A stretch of DNA of 64,000 nt from Bacillota bacterium (GCA_018818645.1 JAHIRQ010000171.1:4778-68777), one strand, 5' to 3'. Shown: positions 10,147 to 20,448, counted from the stretch's first letter. Notes: generated from the sequence alone by a model not told the origin. Made by a program: numbers and translations.

Positions 10147-13080
10147 TTAACCTCCTATCTTCGTGTCATCAAGTGTGACATTGAACAAGTTACCACCAAC
10201 ATGTAAGGTGTAATAATAATGTTTGACTTCACCATAGGATTCTCTAACTGCAACAGTGATCGTGTAACGACCTGGACGGTTAATGTCATGATAATTTGAG
10301 TAATATACTTGAGCAGAAATATTATTGATGGTCACATTGGATGCTGGATTAAATGCTTCGCCTTTTTCAATAGTTACGCTAGATTCTTTGATCTCAATGG
10401 AATCATCCATTACTTCAACTAAAATGATTGAAACATTTGCTGGTGCAAATAGAGTTCCAGAAACAATTTCAAGACCATCTGTATTCGTTTCATTCACATA
10501 GGTAAGCATTTTATAATTCTTACCAGGAGTTAAATCGACTTGAGCCAATCCTCCAGCAGGGTTTCCACTATGTAATACGACGATTTCAGGTTCACCAGCC
10601 TTACCATCAATACGATAGGCAATTGCTTGATTTCCTGAATTTGCATTGATAAATTCAAGTCTAGCAAGAATTTCAGCTGCATTATTGATTCTAAAATGAT
10701 TATAGGTAGTTCTAATTTCAATTAAAGCTTTATAATATTCGAAAACATCGACATATTGTGTTTTTCTATCCCAACGCAATTGGTTCACAGAGTCAGGAGA
10801 CTCATAGGAGTTGTGATCATAGCCACCAGTTGGTAGTGGTTTTGATCTCATCATTTCAACTCCTGCATGTAGGAATGGAATACCTTGAGAGGTCAAGATG
10901 ATTGCATTAGACTGAATTTGTAAAGCCTTTGTATTTGCAATCGAAATGCCAGTAAGTCTTAATTTATCGTATAACGTGTTGTTATCGTGAGCTGAAACAT
11001 AGTTAATGGTTTGGTTAGGATTTAAATGCCATTCAGCCATTTCAGTAATACCTGGAAATTCGATTCCACCAACAATACCATACATTAAGCCTTGGAAAGT
11101 ATAATTGGTTGCATTACCTTGAACCCAACCTCTTTCAGTTGATTGGAACACTGAACCCTTGACTGCATCTCTGGTGTAGTCATTGAATGCGCCAACCAAA
11201 TTCATATTTTTAATATTATCTTTACCTGCAGCTTCTGAATTGGATAGAGGAGTTGATCCACCATTCCATGGTTCACCATAAACGACGATGGTTGGATCAA
11301 TATCTTCAAGCATTTCTTGAATCATATTCATGGTTTCATAATCATGAAGTGCCATTAGGTCAAATCTAAATCCTGAAAGGTTATATTCTGTTGCCCAAAA
11401 CTCAATAGAATCCAGCATGAAATTTCTCATCATTGAGCGCTCAGATGCTGTTTCATTTCCAGTTCCTGAACCATTAGAGAATCCACCTTCAGCAGTCATT
11501 CTATGATAATAACCAGGAACAATCTTATGGAAATTAGAGGTTTGAGACTCACCAGTATGGTTATAGACCACATCCATAATGACTCTGATATCTCTTTCAT
11601 GGAATGCTTGAACTACTTGTTTGAATTCATTGATTCTGACTCTTCCATCAAATGGATTGGTAGCAAATGAACCTTCTAATGTATTGAAATGATATGGCAT
11701 GTAGCCCCAATTGAATAAGTTGGTATAATTCGGATTATTTGCAACTTGAACTTCATCAACATAACCAAAATCGAAGATTGGAAGAAGTTGAACTGCATTG
11801 ACACCAAGTTCATCAATATGATCTAATCCTGTGGTAACTGTGACATCATTACCGGTATAAGTTGTACCACCTTGAGTAAGTCCCATGAATTTTCCACGGT
11901 AAGTCTCATTTCCATTCCATGAACTGTGTGTTGTTAAATCTCTAACATGAAGTTCATAGACTACATAATCTGTCAAATTGGTAATTGTATTTGGACGATC
12001 ATTATAAGTCCAACCTGTTGGGTTAGTTTCTTCAAAATTAACAATCATTGCACGCATACCATTCGCGCCAGTTGAATAAGCATATGGATCAGTGACTTCA
12101 TGCGTGATACTATTATTTGTAACACTAAACGTATAATATTTAAAATCGAAATCTCCAGTTAATTTGACTTCCCATGCGCCATTTTCAATCTTATACATCT
12201 CTTCAGTTCGATAAGCAGTTAGTTCATTACTTGCTTGTCCCATATCATTATAATTTGGATGGCCTTGATTATAAAGATTGAGTGTGACATCAGATGATAA
12301 TGGAGCCCATAATCTAAATATTGTAAATTCTTCTTCAAAACTGACACCTAAATTTCCTTCATAGGTATATAGACTTTCAAAAGCAGGAGTATCATATAAG
12401 TTTTGAAGTGATACGATTTGTTCTGATGTTCTACCTTCAGCAAAGAAAACTTTTAAGGAATATGTTTTAGAAATATTTACATTTGGTACAGTTATGAGAA
12501 GTGTTTTTGTTGTTGGAGCAACTGAACTTGTTAAAATACTCACATCATTCTCAAAAACCTCATAACTTAAAGGAACGTGCGTGAGCTTAGCAGAAATTCT
12601 TTGAGAAGTATCAAAAGCAACCGTCAATATCTTTTCGCGATAATCAGGAATATTTAATGCTAAGTCAGCCTCTGATAAACCGATTTTGATATCTTGCTCA
12701 ACAAAATATGCATGACCAACTCCATTGATGACTTCAACTTCACTCAATTCAATGAATCGATCGCCACCAATTTCACGATATCCATCCCATCCACCTTGTT
12801 TGATAATAATACCAAGCTTAGTTGCAGTTGGATAACTCAAGGATAAATCAATTGTGTAATGTACACCTTTAGCATCCTTTTGTAGTGGATCAAAATCATG
12901 TTGAATTCCACCTCTAGATGTTGGTTCAGCTTCCCAAACCCACATATTAAAATTTGTATAAGTGTCATCATATCTATAGTAATGAACGACAAGTGATGTT
13001 GGCAACTCATTTGCCACTGTGGTTAGTCCAATCGTAAATATGGAAAGTACTAATAATAAAATTGCGATTATTTTTTTCAT
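10147..13080 (-). CDS. pulA: Secreted type I pullulanase (GH13) with N-terminal CBM41/PUD-like modules and a C-terminal Ig-like module
   Basis: FNWGYMPYHF, DVVYNHTG, GFRFDLMALH, YGEPWNG, SAHDNNT motifs. Start set at ATG 13080 (MKKIIAILLL..., GGAGG upstream) rather than 13155. Confidence 0.85.
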   Translation of the reverse strand: MKKIIAILLLVLSIFTIGLTTVANELPTSLVVHYYRYDDTYTNFNMWVWEAEPTSRGGIQHDFDPLQKDAKGVHYTIDLSLSYPTATKLGIIIKQGGWDGYREIGGDRFIELSEVEVINGVGHAYFVEQDIKIGLSEADLALNIPDYREKILTVAFDTSQRISAKLTHVPLSYEVFENDVSILTSSVAPTTKTLLITVPNVNISKTYSLKVFFAEGRTSEQIVSLQNLYDTPAFESLYTYEGNLGVSFEEEFTIFRLWAPLSSDVTLNLYNQGHPNYNDMGQASNELTAYRTEEMYKIENGAWEVKLTGDFDFKYYTFSVTNNSITHEVTDPYAYSTGANGMRAMIVNFEETNPTGWTYNDRPNTITNLTDYVVYELHVRDLTTHSSWNGNETYRGKFMGLTQGGTTYTGNDVTVTTGLDHIDELGVNAVQLLPIFDFGYVDEVQVANNPNYTNLFNWGYMPYHFNTLEGSFATNPFDGRVRINEFKQVVQAFHERDIRVIMDVVYNHTGESQTSNFHKIVPGYYHRMTAEGGFSNGSGTGNETASERSMMRNFMLDSIEFWATEYNLSGFRFDLMALHDYETMNMIQEMLEDIDPTIVVYGEPWNGGSTPLSNSEAAGKDNIKNMNLVGAFNDYTRDAVKGSVFQSTERGWVQGNATNYTFQGLMYGIVGGIEFPGITEMAEWHLNPNQTINYVSAHDNNTLYDKLRLTGISIANTKALQIQSNAIILTSQGIPFLHAGVEMMRSKPLPTGGYDHNSYESPDSVNQLRWDRKTQYVDVFEYYKALIEIRTTYNHFRINNAAEILARLEFINANSGNQAIAYRIDGKAGEPEIVVLHSGNPAGGLAQVDLTPGKNYKMLTYVNETNTDGLEIVSGTLFAPANVSIILVEVMDDSIEIKESSVTIEKGEAFNPASNVTINNISAQVYYSNYHDINRPGRYTITVAVRESYGEVKHYYYTLHVGGNLFNVTLDDTKIGG

Positions 13081-13157
13081 TTTCAAATAACCTCCCTCAT
13101 AAACAATATAACACGTATTTACTACAAAACTCCTTATATATGATAGCGATTTCAAAA

Positions 13158-13171
13158 GGAAAACGGTTGCA
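13158..13171. promoter_or_regulatory. LacI/MalR-type operator candidate (GGAAAACGGTTGCA)
   Basis: Lies in the divergent pullulanase / ABC-operon intergenic region. Shares the AAACGGT core with the sites at 6803 and 20373. Confidence 0.35.
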
Positions 13172-13184
13172 CATTGCAGTAATT

Positions 13185-13199
13185 TGTAAAGCGTTTACA
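13185..13199. promoter_or_regulatory. Palindromic operator candidate (TGTAAA-GCG-TTTACA)
   Basis: Perfect 6-bp inverted arms in the same divergent promoter region. Confidence 0.35.
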
Positions 13200-13273
13200 T
13201 TTCTCATATTTATATGATATGATTTAGGTGTCAAGGATGGTTTAGCATTCTTTAAACAAATAGGAGGAAAAAA

Positions 13274-15106
13274 ATGAAGAAAGTGTTTTTAGCTTTAATT
13301 CTTTTGGCAACAGCATTGGTGTTCTTTGGAACTAGATCCTATGCTGCTGGTACAGGGAATTTAGTAGTCCATTTCAAAGCATGGGATGGAGATTACGACG
13401 ATCTAGGCTCATGGGCTTGGGGAAGCACTGCCGCTGGTAAACTTAAAGACGGCGTAGATGATTTTGGTGCTTATTTTAATTTTAATGATGTCGCTGTAGG
13501 TACAAGCGTAGGATTTATCGCTGTTGACTGGGTTGGAGCTGGTCCTGACTGGGATGGACTTCAAACTCGTGGTAAGTTAACAGGAGATATCAATATCGAT
13601 GCAAGTGCTATCGTGGAAGATCAAACAACTCACGTTTATGTATTCCAAGGTGCTGCTACAGCAACTGACAACCCTGGTCATTTTATTGCTAAGAATGATG
13701 CATTCAACATGTTGGTTGTTTATTTCGACCCATCAGGTGCATACGAAGAAACATTAGGTGTTCATTCTTGGGGATGGCAAGGTACTGGTCCAGAATGGGG
13801 AACTCCAGCACAAGTATTTTCTAAAGCTGGTTTAGCTCCTTCAGGAGTTGAAGTTAAAGGTTTCATGGCATATGCAGATGCTGCTGGCGCAGGTTTATTA
13901 ATTTATGCTGGTGCTGATGCAAACAAGAAGACAGGTGACGTATCTCTTAACTTATCAGGTGCTGAAGCTGTCGGTGAAGTTGGTATTGCTTATGTAGTTA
14001 GCAAAGGCGATGCTTATACATCTGGCGATAACGTTTATTATAACGATTTTGCTAGTTTCAAAGAAGAAGCATTTACATTTAAATTAATGCCTTTCGGTAA
14101 CGAAGACAAGAGCGGTACTTATGCTGTTGATCCAACTACCATTATCGTGAAGACAAGTGCTCAAATTACATCACCTTATCCAGAAGCAACAGATAAGGAT
14201 GCAGCAAGAGCAACTATTGAAAGTTGGTTTACAGTTCGTGAAATTACTGGTACAGACACTTATGGTGATCCACTAGCAATTGAAAGAGTTGACTTTGCAA
14301 CTTCGAATGCAACTCTGAACGCATTTGTTATTATTTTAGAAGATGAATTAGATAATACAAAAGAATATGAAGTGTTCTTTAGTTTATTTAACACATTAGC
14401 AGTCGCTAAGGATGTTGAAGTAACACTCAATGTTACAGTTCCTGCTAACACTCCTACTGATGCTGTATTAAGTATTGCAGGTTCTGGTTTAGATCCAGCT
14501 TGGACTCCAGGTGCAGCTGCTTATGTTGCAACAAGAGTTGGAACTACACAAGTTTACACTTTAACTTTCACAGTTAGTGTTACTGAACCATTTACAAACT
14601 TAGAATACAAGTGGACAAGAGGTAGTTGGGATAATGATGAATATGTCGCAACAAACCGTCCTTTAGTTATTCCTAACAATGTAGATGCAATTACTTTTGA
14701 AGATGTTGTATTATCTTGGAAAGATATTGATGCACCAGTAGACAAATATCCAGCTCCAGTTCGTGAAGCAGAAGTTAATGTTGAAGCTTCAATTGAATTA
14801 GCAATGGATACTGAAGCTCCAGTTCTTACATTTATTTCACCATCAGGAATCGTTGGTAAAGTTCCTGCTGAAAGAATTATTGATGTAGCTTGGGGTCAAC
14901 CATTTAATCAAAACTTATTCCCAAGATTTAGAGTAGTTGATGACCGTGATGGCGATATTACACCATTCGTTTATGTACCAAAGGGCACAAATTCAGTCCT
15001 AGATACAAGAACAGTTGGTAATTATACAATCATGTTGCGTGTTGTTGACAAATGGGGCAATGTAACTGAAGAAACGTTTATCTTCAGAGTTGCCAAGAGT
15101 TCTTAA
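13274..15106 (+). CDS. Secreted non-catalytic alpha-glucan/starch-binding surface protein (CBM41/PUD-like repeats plus a C-terminal Ig-like module)
   Basis: Signal peptide ending SYA|AG. Pullulanase-associated-domain-like motifs LVVHFKAWDGDYDDLGSWAWG and LVVYFDPSGAYEETLGVHSWGW. No GH catalytic motifs. It is the first gene of the malEFG-type operon. Confidence 0.55.
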   Translation: MKKVFLALILLATALVFFGTRSYAAGTGNLVVHFKAWDGDYDDLGSWAWGSTAAGKLKDGVDDFGAYFNFNDVAVGTSVGFIAVDWVGAGPDWDGLQTRGKLTGDINIDASAIVEDQTTHVYVFQGAATATDNPGHFIAKNDAFNMLVVYFDPSGAYEETLGVHSWGWQGTGPEWGTPAQVFSKAGLAPSGVEVKGFMAYADAAGAGLLIYAGADANKKTGDVSLNLSGAEAVGEVGIAYVVSKGDAYTSGDNVYYNDFASFKEEAFTFKLMPFGNEDKSGTYAVDPTTIIVKTSAQITSPYPEATDKDAARATIESWFTVREITGTDTYGDPLAIERVDFATSNATLNAFVIILEDELDNTKEYEVFFSLFNTLAVAKDVEVTLNVTVPANTPTDAVLSIAGSGLDPAWTPGAAAYVATRVGTTQVYTLTFTVSVTEPFTNLEYKWTRGSWDNDEYVATNRPLVIPNNVDAITFEDVVLSWKDIDAPVDKYPAPVREAEVNVEASIELAMDTEAPVLTFISPSGIVGKVPAERIIDVAWGQPFNQNLFPRFRVVDDRDGDITPFVYVPKGTNSVLDTRTVGNYTIMLRVVDKWGNVTEETFIFRVAKSS

Positions 15107-15117
15107 GGAGGCCGCCC

Positions 15118-16518
15118 ATGAAAAAACTATTATCTGTATTATTTATTTTCTTAGCTGTATTCTCATTGGCTGCGTGTAAACCTGATGAAGGCGAACCAAC
15201 AGTTGAACCAACAGTAGTTCCTACTGAAGAAGTAAACAATGGTCAACGTATAGACTTTGGTGATACATTTACTCAAAAATCTAAGATTACTGTTTGGATC
15301 GACGATGAAGCTGGTGAATATATGACTGCTGTTATCGCTGAATTCAACAAATTATATCCAAATATCGTTGTTGAACATCAACATTACGGTTCTGTAGATG
15401 CTCGTGAAATGTTAAAGACATTCGGTCCTTCAGGAAATGGTGCTGACGTATTCCAATTCCCTCATGACCATTTAGCTCAAGCAGTTCTAGAAGATTTAGT
15501 TTACCCACTTCCAACTGCAACAAAGACTAAATTAGAAGCTCGTGCTCATGAACTAGGATTAAGTATTGCTACATTGACTTATGATGAAGGTGCTAAATCA
15601 TTTGATCCAAGCAGCCCAAATGCTGTTGAAGGTCTATATGCTGTTCCAATGTCAATTGAATCTGTTGGTTTATTCTACAACACTGATTTAGTTACAACTC
15701 CACATACAACTTATGAAGCTTTATTAGCTCAAGCTGCTATATGGAATGCACAACCTGCTGCTGACAATGCAGCTGGTGACACACGTACAAATGCTCAAAA
15801 AGGTTACTTCTACCTTGGTACATCAAGCCATTGGGGAGATAGTTACTTCAATCAACATATTTACTCAGCATTTGGATTCTATCCATTTGGTGCAACTCTT
15901 GATGATCCATCAGCAGTTGGATTCGTGAATGCAGTTCCTGCATTAACATGGATGGTAAACACATTGAAGCCTCAAGTCACAGGAACTGGTGCTCATAACT
16001 CAGTTACTGCTGGTGCAAACTTCGAATTAGGTAAGACTCCTTACATTATTGCTGGTCCATGGAATCATGAAGCTTATCAGAAGTCAGCTACATTAAATTA
16101 TGCAGTTGCTCCAATGCCTTCAATCAATGGCAATCCAACAAAGACATTTGCTGGTGCAATGATGGCTGCAGTTTACAAGTATTCAGATCATAAAGAAGAT
16201 GCAATTAAGTTTGTTGAATTCTTAAATACTGATATCGCTATGGAATTGCAATATGAATACAAAGGTAAATTACCTGCTCTTAAGACTGATTTACTAGAAA
16301 ATATCGAAGGCGTTAATGAAGACGTATTGTTGATGGCTATGGCTGCTCAACTTGAAACTTCAGTTCCAATGCCAACAATCCCACAAGTAACTTATTACTG
16401 GGGACCAGGCGAAACAATGATTATTCAAGTTTGGAATAACGCTATCGCTCCAGCAACTGCTGCTGCAACTGCTGAAGCTTCCTACCGCACAAGCGCAGGC
16501 TTGGGCGAAGGGAACTAA
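15118..16518 (+). CDS. malE: Maltodextrin/maltose ABC transporter substrate-binding lipoprotein
   Basis: Lipobox LAAC. MalE/MdxE-like sequence (ITVWIDDEAG..., FPHDHLAQ, PWNHEAY). Confidence 0.85.
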   Translation: MKKLLSVLFIFLAVFSLAACKPDEGEPTVEPTVVPTEEVNNGQRIDFGDTFTQKSKITVWIDDEAGEYMTAVIAEFNKLYPNIVVEHQHYGSVDAREMLKTFGPSGNGADVFQFPHDHLAQAVLEDLVYPLPTATKTKLEARAHELGLSIATLTYDEGAKSFDPSSPNAVEGLYAVPMSIESVGLFYNTDLVTTPHTTYEALLAQAAIWNAQPAADNAAGDTRTNAQKGYFYLGTSSHWGDSYFNQHIYSAFGFYPFGATLDDPSAVGFVNAVPALTWMVNTLKPQVTGTGAHNSVTAGANFELGKTPYIIAGPWNHEAYQKSATLNYAVAPMPSINGNPTKTFAGAMMAAVYKYSDHKEDAIKFVEFLNTDIAMELQYEYKGKLPALKTDLLENIEGVNEDVLLMAMAAQLETSVPMPTIPQVTYYWGPGETMIIQVWNNAIAPATAAATAEASYRTSAGLGEGN

Positions 16519-16555
16519 TCATAATTAAAGCATTATAAATTTAAACTTAGGTGAA

Positions 16556-16577
16556 GGCGGCAGATATACTTGCCGCC
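16556..16577 (+). other. GC-rich intercistronic hairpin between the binding-protein and permease genes
   Basis: GGCGGCA ... TGCCGCC stem in an otherwise AT-rich spacer, followed by CTCATTTGGTTT. Confidence 0.45.
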
Positions 16578-16604
16578 CTCATTTGGTTTAATTTGGAGGA
16601 CAAT

Positions 16605-18947
16605 ATGAAGATTATAAGCATCATTAAGGCTATAGCCTCGGGTATCATTTGGGGACTCGGGCAAGTACTAAACGGGCAATTTCTAAAAGCCTTATTCTTT
16701 TTTGTTTTTTTCGCATCACTCGTAACGATTGAGTTAGTTTCAAGTAGCTATTTTGAGGAAATTGATCCCTATGACAAAATGGTTGGTAATGATTTAGGCG
16801 ATTTATGGTACATCAATGGTTTTTATCCAGAATATCAATTTGATGGATTGGTGTATCAACCTTTTGAGGACCTTTTACTTGAAATTGGTGGACCAGATAA
16901 CTTAACGGAAGAAATCTTTATTGAATTCATGGCGAAAGATTTAAAAGATAATAACCCGATTGTGTATACAAACCTTGATACACAAGAGGTATTTTTAGCT
17001 GATGGATTTGACGACACAGGAAAGATTCACATCTTTAGAAGACAAACACTTTATAAAGATTTTGACAATAAATACTATGTTGAAAGAGATGTTACACAAT
17101 TAGACGGAAGCAACAAAAAAGAATATGTAGAAACGACAGTTCTCACTGGAGAACTCAATGAAAACAATATATTGTCTTCAAGAGAAGGATTGACAACATT
17201 TGTAAAAAATGGTGAAATCTATCGCAACTCAGGCATCTATTTTGTTAGAGCATCAGATAATGGTGTCAATGTTTTGATCAATATTTTAACACAAGAAGTC
17301 GTACCAAATATATCATCCAGCCGTATAACTGTTTCAGGACCATTATACGTAATTAATGGCGTTATATTTGAATATTTTGAACCTGGACTTATTTATAATT
17401 CAGCACGCTTGCAATATAAAGAAACTCCGTTATTTGTGTCATTTAGACATGCTATGCTCAATACCTATTCATTTTCATGGAATCAATACACAAAGAGTGA
17501 CTTTACACGATTGATGATGAAGGTTTATTTTGAAATGAACCCCAACATCAAAGATGCTTTTGAAAGAGACTTTAATAACTTTTTCTACGATCAAGCTGGT
17601 GTATTTGTAAGAGGTTATTGGGCAGTTACAACTTTAGGTACTACCTATAAAGTCAATTATACAGGGCATATGGCTCTTTATGAAGCGATGGTAGGGAATT
17701 CAACTTCACAGTATACAATGTTTAATTTATTGGAGGTTCAGCCTCTAGAAGAAGTACCAATTCGTGGACACGTTTCAACGATGTTATTGCTAGAAGGTCT
17801 CATTGGTGTAATCGGATCATTACTATTATCGATATTTATGATTTGGAGTATTGCTGATGCCTATAAGGTATCAGAAGCTAAGAGATTAGAACAAAAAGTT
17901 CTAAAAGATATTCCATATTTCAGGGATGTTTATGAACGTAGTTTTGAATATATCATTTTATTTCCTGCCGTCATTGTTCTTGCATTTATCTCCATTATGC
18001 CAATTGTGTTCGGTTTCGTTATCGCATTCACCAATATTTCAGGGAATGCTTCGATGGTAGACACATTTGACTGGGTGGGATTAAAAAATTTCTTTGCCTT
18101 ATTTAATTTTGCATCAGGACTCGGGTCTTCTTTCGGACAAGCCTTTTGGCGTGTACTTGGTTGGACTGTAGTTTGGGCTATTTTATCAACATTTACAGTG
18201 TTCTTCGGAGGATTCTTCCAAGCACTTATCTTAAATAGTGAAAGTGTTGTATTTAGAAAATTCTGGCGTACCATTCTAATTCTTCCATGGGCGATACCAG
18301 CCTTATTATCACAAATGGTGTTCTCAGTTATGTTTAATGAATTTGGATTTATCAACGCATTACTTCAAGATATTGGGGTCTATGATCTTTTAATTAATTT
18401 GGGAATGTTAAGAGTACCATTTGACTCACTAACTGGTTTAGCTAAATTCTTTTATTTAGGTCAAGACAATATCCAATGGTTTACGAATCCTTTTAATCCA
18501 ACTTTTGTTAGAACGGCTTTAGTTGTTGTCAATATTTGGTTAGGATTCCCATATTTCATGGCATTGATGACAGGTGTTATGACTGCAATTGATGCGACAC
18601 TCTATGAAGCCGCAGATATTGATGGAGCCAATCGATTCCAGAAGATTTTTCAAATTACAATGCCTCTCGTTTTATATTCTACAGCTCCAATCTTAATTAT
18701 GACTTTCTCAGGTAATTTCAATAATTTCGGGGTCATCTACTTTATCACAGGTGGTGGACCAAATGCTGGGGTTGCTAGTAGGGGGTTTGCAGGTGATACA
18801 GATATCTTGATCTCATGGATGTATAAACTAACCGTTGACTACTCCATTTACAACATGGCATCTGTATTCTCAGTACTCATATTCTTGTTCGTAGGATCCA
18901 TCACTGCATGGAACTTATCTAGAACTAGAGCATTCCAGGAGGACTAA
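16605..18947 (+). CDS. malF: MalF-type ABC permease with a very large (~340 aa) extracytoplasmic insertion
   Basis: The C-terminal half carries the MalF/binding-protein-dependent permease core (EAADIDGANRFQKFFQITMP EAA loop). Start at ATG 16605 after GGAGG. Confidence 0.8.
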   Translation: MKIISIIKAIASGIIWGLGQVLNGQFLKALFFFVFFASLVTIELVSSSYFEEIDPYDKMVGNDLGDLWYINGFYPEYQFDGLVYQPFEDLLLEIGGPDNLTEEIFIEFMAKDLKDNNPIVYTNLDTQEVFLADGFDDTGKIHIFRRQTLYKDFDNKYYVERDVTQLDGSNKKEYVETTVLTGELNENNILSSREGLTTFVKNGEIYRNSGIYFVRASDNGVNVLINILTQEVVPNISSSRITVSGPLYVINGVIFEYFEPGLIYNSARLQYKETPLFVSFRHAMLNTYSFSWNQYTKSDFTRLMMKVYFEMNPNIKDAFERDFNNFFYDQAGVFVRGYWAVTTLGTTYKVNYTGHMALYEAMVGNSTSQYTMFNLLEVQPLEEVPIRGHVSTMLLLEGLIGVIGSLLLSIFMIWSIADAYKVSEAKRLEQKVLKDIPYFRDVYERSFEYIILFPAVIVLAFISIMPIVFGFVIAFTNISGNASMVDTFDWVGLKNFFALFNFASGLGSSFGQAFWRVLGWTVVWAILSTFTVFFGGFFQALILNSESVVFRKFWRTILILPWAIPALLSQMVFSVMFNEFGFINALLQDIGVYDLLINLGMLRVPFDSLTGLAKFFYLGQDNIQWFTNPFNPTFVRTALVVVNIWLGFPYFMALMTGVMTAIDATLYEAADIDGANRFQKIFQITMPLVLYSTAPILIMTFSGNFNNFGVIYFITGGGPNAGVASRGFAGDTDILISWMYKLTVDYSIYNMASVFSVLIFLFVGSITAWNLSRTRAFQED

Positions 18948-18951
18948 GACA

Positions 18952-20340
18952 ATGACAATAACAATAACTTTTTCATTACTTGGTTATATACTTTTATTGG
19001 CAATCTTAGTGAACTATGGAACAGTATATGATTATGCAGTTAAAAAAGGATATGAAGGTTTTCGTACAAGATTAATCGCTTTGATTCCTATTTTTGGATA
19101 TCTATATTTTCATAAAAAAGAATCATTGAAGATAGTATCAGATCGTGAACTTAAACACTTAGTAAGCCCTGAGATTTTAGGGAAGAGAATTGCTTTATAT
19201 GGCCTTTTACTGATTGTAGCAATTCTGATTATCGTTCCTGTTTCTTTCTTAATCTTTACATCGATTAATAACAATTTATTACAAACAATGTTTACAGTTT
19301 ATGCAATTATTATTTCATTTATGTTGCATCAAGGGCTTGTTGTTGATTATGCAAGTAAAAAGGGATATGGAGGAATTAAACCAGGCTTAATTGGATTGAT
19401 CCCTGTATATGGTTTTGTTTACTATAATTATCAACCCAAGAGAAGAAACGTCTCAAAACAAGCAATACGTGAGGTTTTCAAGTTCTCAAGTATCATTCAA
19501 AAAATATTCGTTTATGCGCAAATCACATTAGTTGCTGTGGTCGTCATCGTTCCAGTTATCTATATCTTTGGTATGGCATTCTCGAATCTTCGAACAGATA
19601 TTCCAAATCAAATTTGGCCAGATACACCAAGTTGGGAAGCATTTAGATACTTATTTGACGAGACTAACTTTGCAAGATGGTATTGGAATACACTTAAGAT
19701 TGCATTGATTAATATGACAGTTGGTACCTTCTTAATTACTGGTGCTGCTTATGTATTTGCAAGATTTTCATTTAAAGGTAAAAAAGCTGGTCTACTTACT
19801 ATTTTAGTACTACAAGCATTCCCATCATTTATGGGGTTGATTGCGATGTATGTATTGTTCTGGAAATTTAAGCTACTTGGTGAACCGACTTATCTATCTA
19901 TTCTCTATATCGGTGGATCGATACCAGGTAATCTGTGGTTAATTAAAGGATTCCTATCGCAAATACCTAAGGACCTAGATGAGTCAGCAATGATTGATGG
20001 AGCCTCAAAATTCCAAATATTTGTCAAAATCATTTTACCGTTATCAGTTCCAATTCTAACATTCGTTGCAGTTTCAATGTTTATGGGACCTTGGATGGAT
20101 TACTTACTACCAGGTTATTTACTCAGATTCAAACCTGAAGGAGCTGCACCGGATTATGATATTACTCAGCAATGGACACTCGCTGTTGGTTTATTCAAAT
20201 TTATTAATGATTTGAACTATCAGCATTATTCAGCATTTGCTGCAGGAGCACTTATGGTGGGTATTCCGATTACAATCTTATACATGCTCTTCCAACGTTA
20301 CCTTATTGAGGGTATTATGGCAGGGGCTACAAAAGGATGA
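18952..20340 (+). CDS. malG: MalG-type ABC permease with an N-terminal ~190-aa extension containing an internal duplication
   Basis: EAA loop ESAMIDGASKFQIFVKIILP. The N-terminal repeats at 19024-19119 and 19339-19434 share the motif DYAxKKGYxG...LIxLIPxxGxxY. Confidence 0.8.
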   Translation: MTITITFSLLGYILLLAILVNYGTVYDYAVKKGYEGFRTRLIALIPIFGYLYFHKKESLKIVSDRELKHLVSPEILGKRIALYGLLLIVAILIIVPVSFLIFTSINNNLLQTMFTVYAIIISFMLHQGLVVDYASKKGYGGIKPGLIGLIPVYGFVYYNYQPKRRNVSKQAIREVFKFSSIIQKIFVYAQITLVAVVVIVPVIYIFGMAFSNLRTDIPNQIWPDTPSWEAFRYLFDETNFARWYWNTLKIALINMTVGTFLITGAAYVFARFSFKGKKAGLLTILVLQAFPSFMGLIAMYVLFWKFKLLGEPTYLSILYIGGSIPGNLWLIKGFLSQIPKDLDESAMIDGASKFQIFVKIILPLSVPILTFVAVSMFMGPWMDYLLPGYLLRFKPEGAAPDYDITQQWTLAVGLFKFINDLNYQHYSAFAAGALMVGIPITILYMLFQRYLIEGIMAGATKG

Positions 20341-20358
20341 GAAATCATCCTTTTTTTT
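20335..20358 (+). terminator. Rho-independent terminator after malG
   Basis: GGATGA gaaa TCATCC stem plus T8. Confidence 0.6.
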
Positions 20359-20372
20359 CACATAATGTTATA

Positions 20373-20386
20373 TGAAAACGGTAGCA
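20373..20386. promoter_or_regulatory. LacI/MalR-type operator candidate (TGAAAACGGTAGCA)
   Basis: Upstream of the phosphorylase operon. Same motif family as 6803 and 13158. Confidence 0.4.
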
Positions 20387-20448
20387 CACGCATTTTTACT
20401 AAAAAACATGATAAAATAATAATATACATTATTATAAGGAGCACAAGC

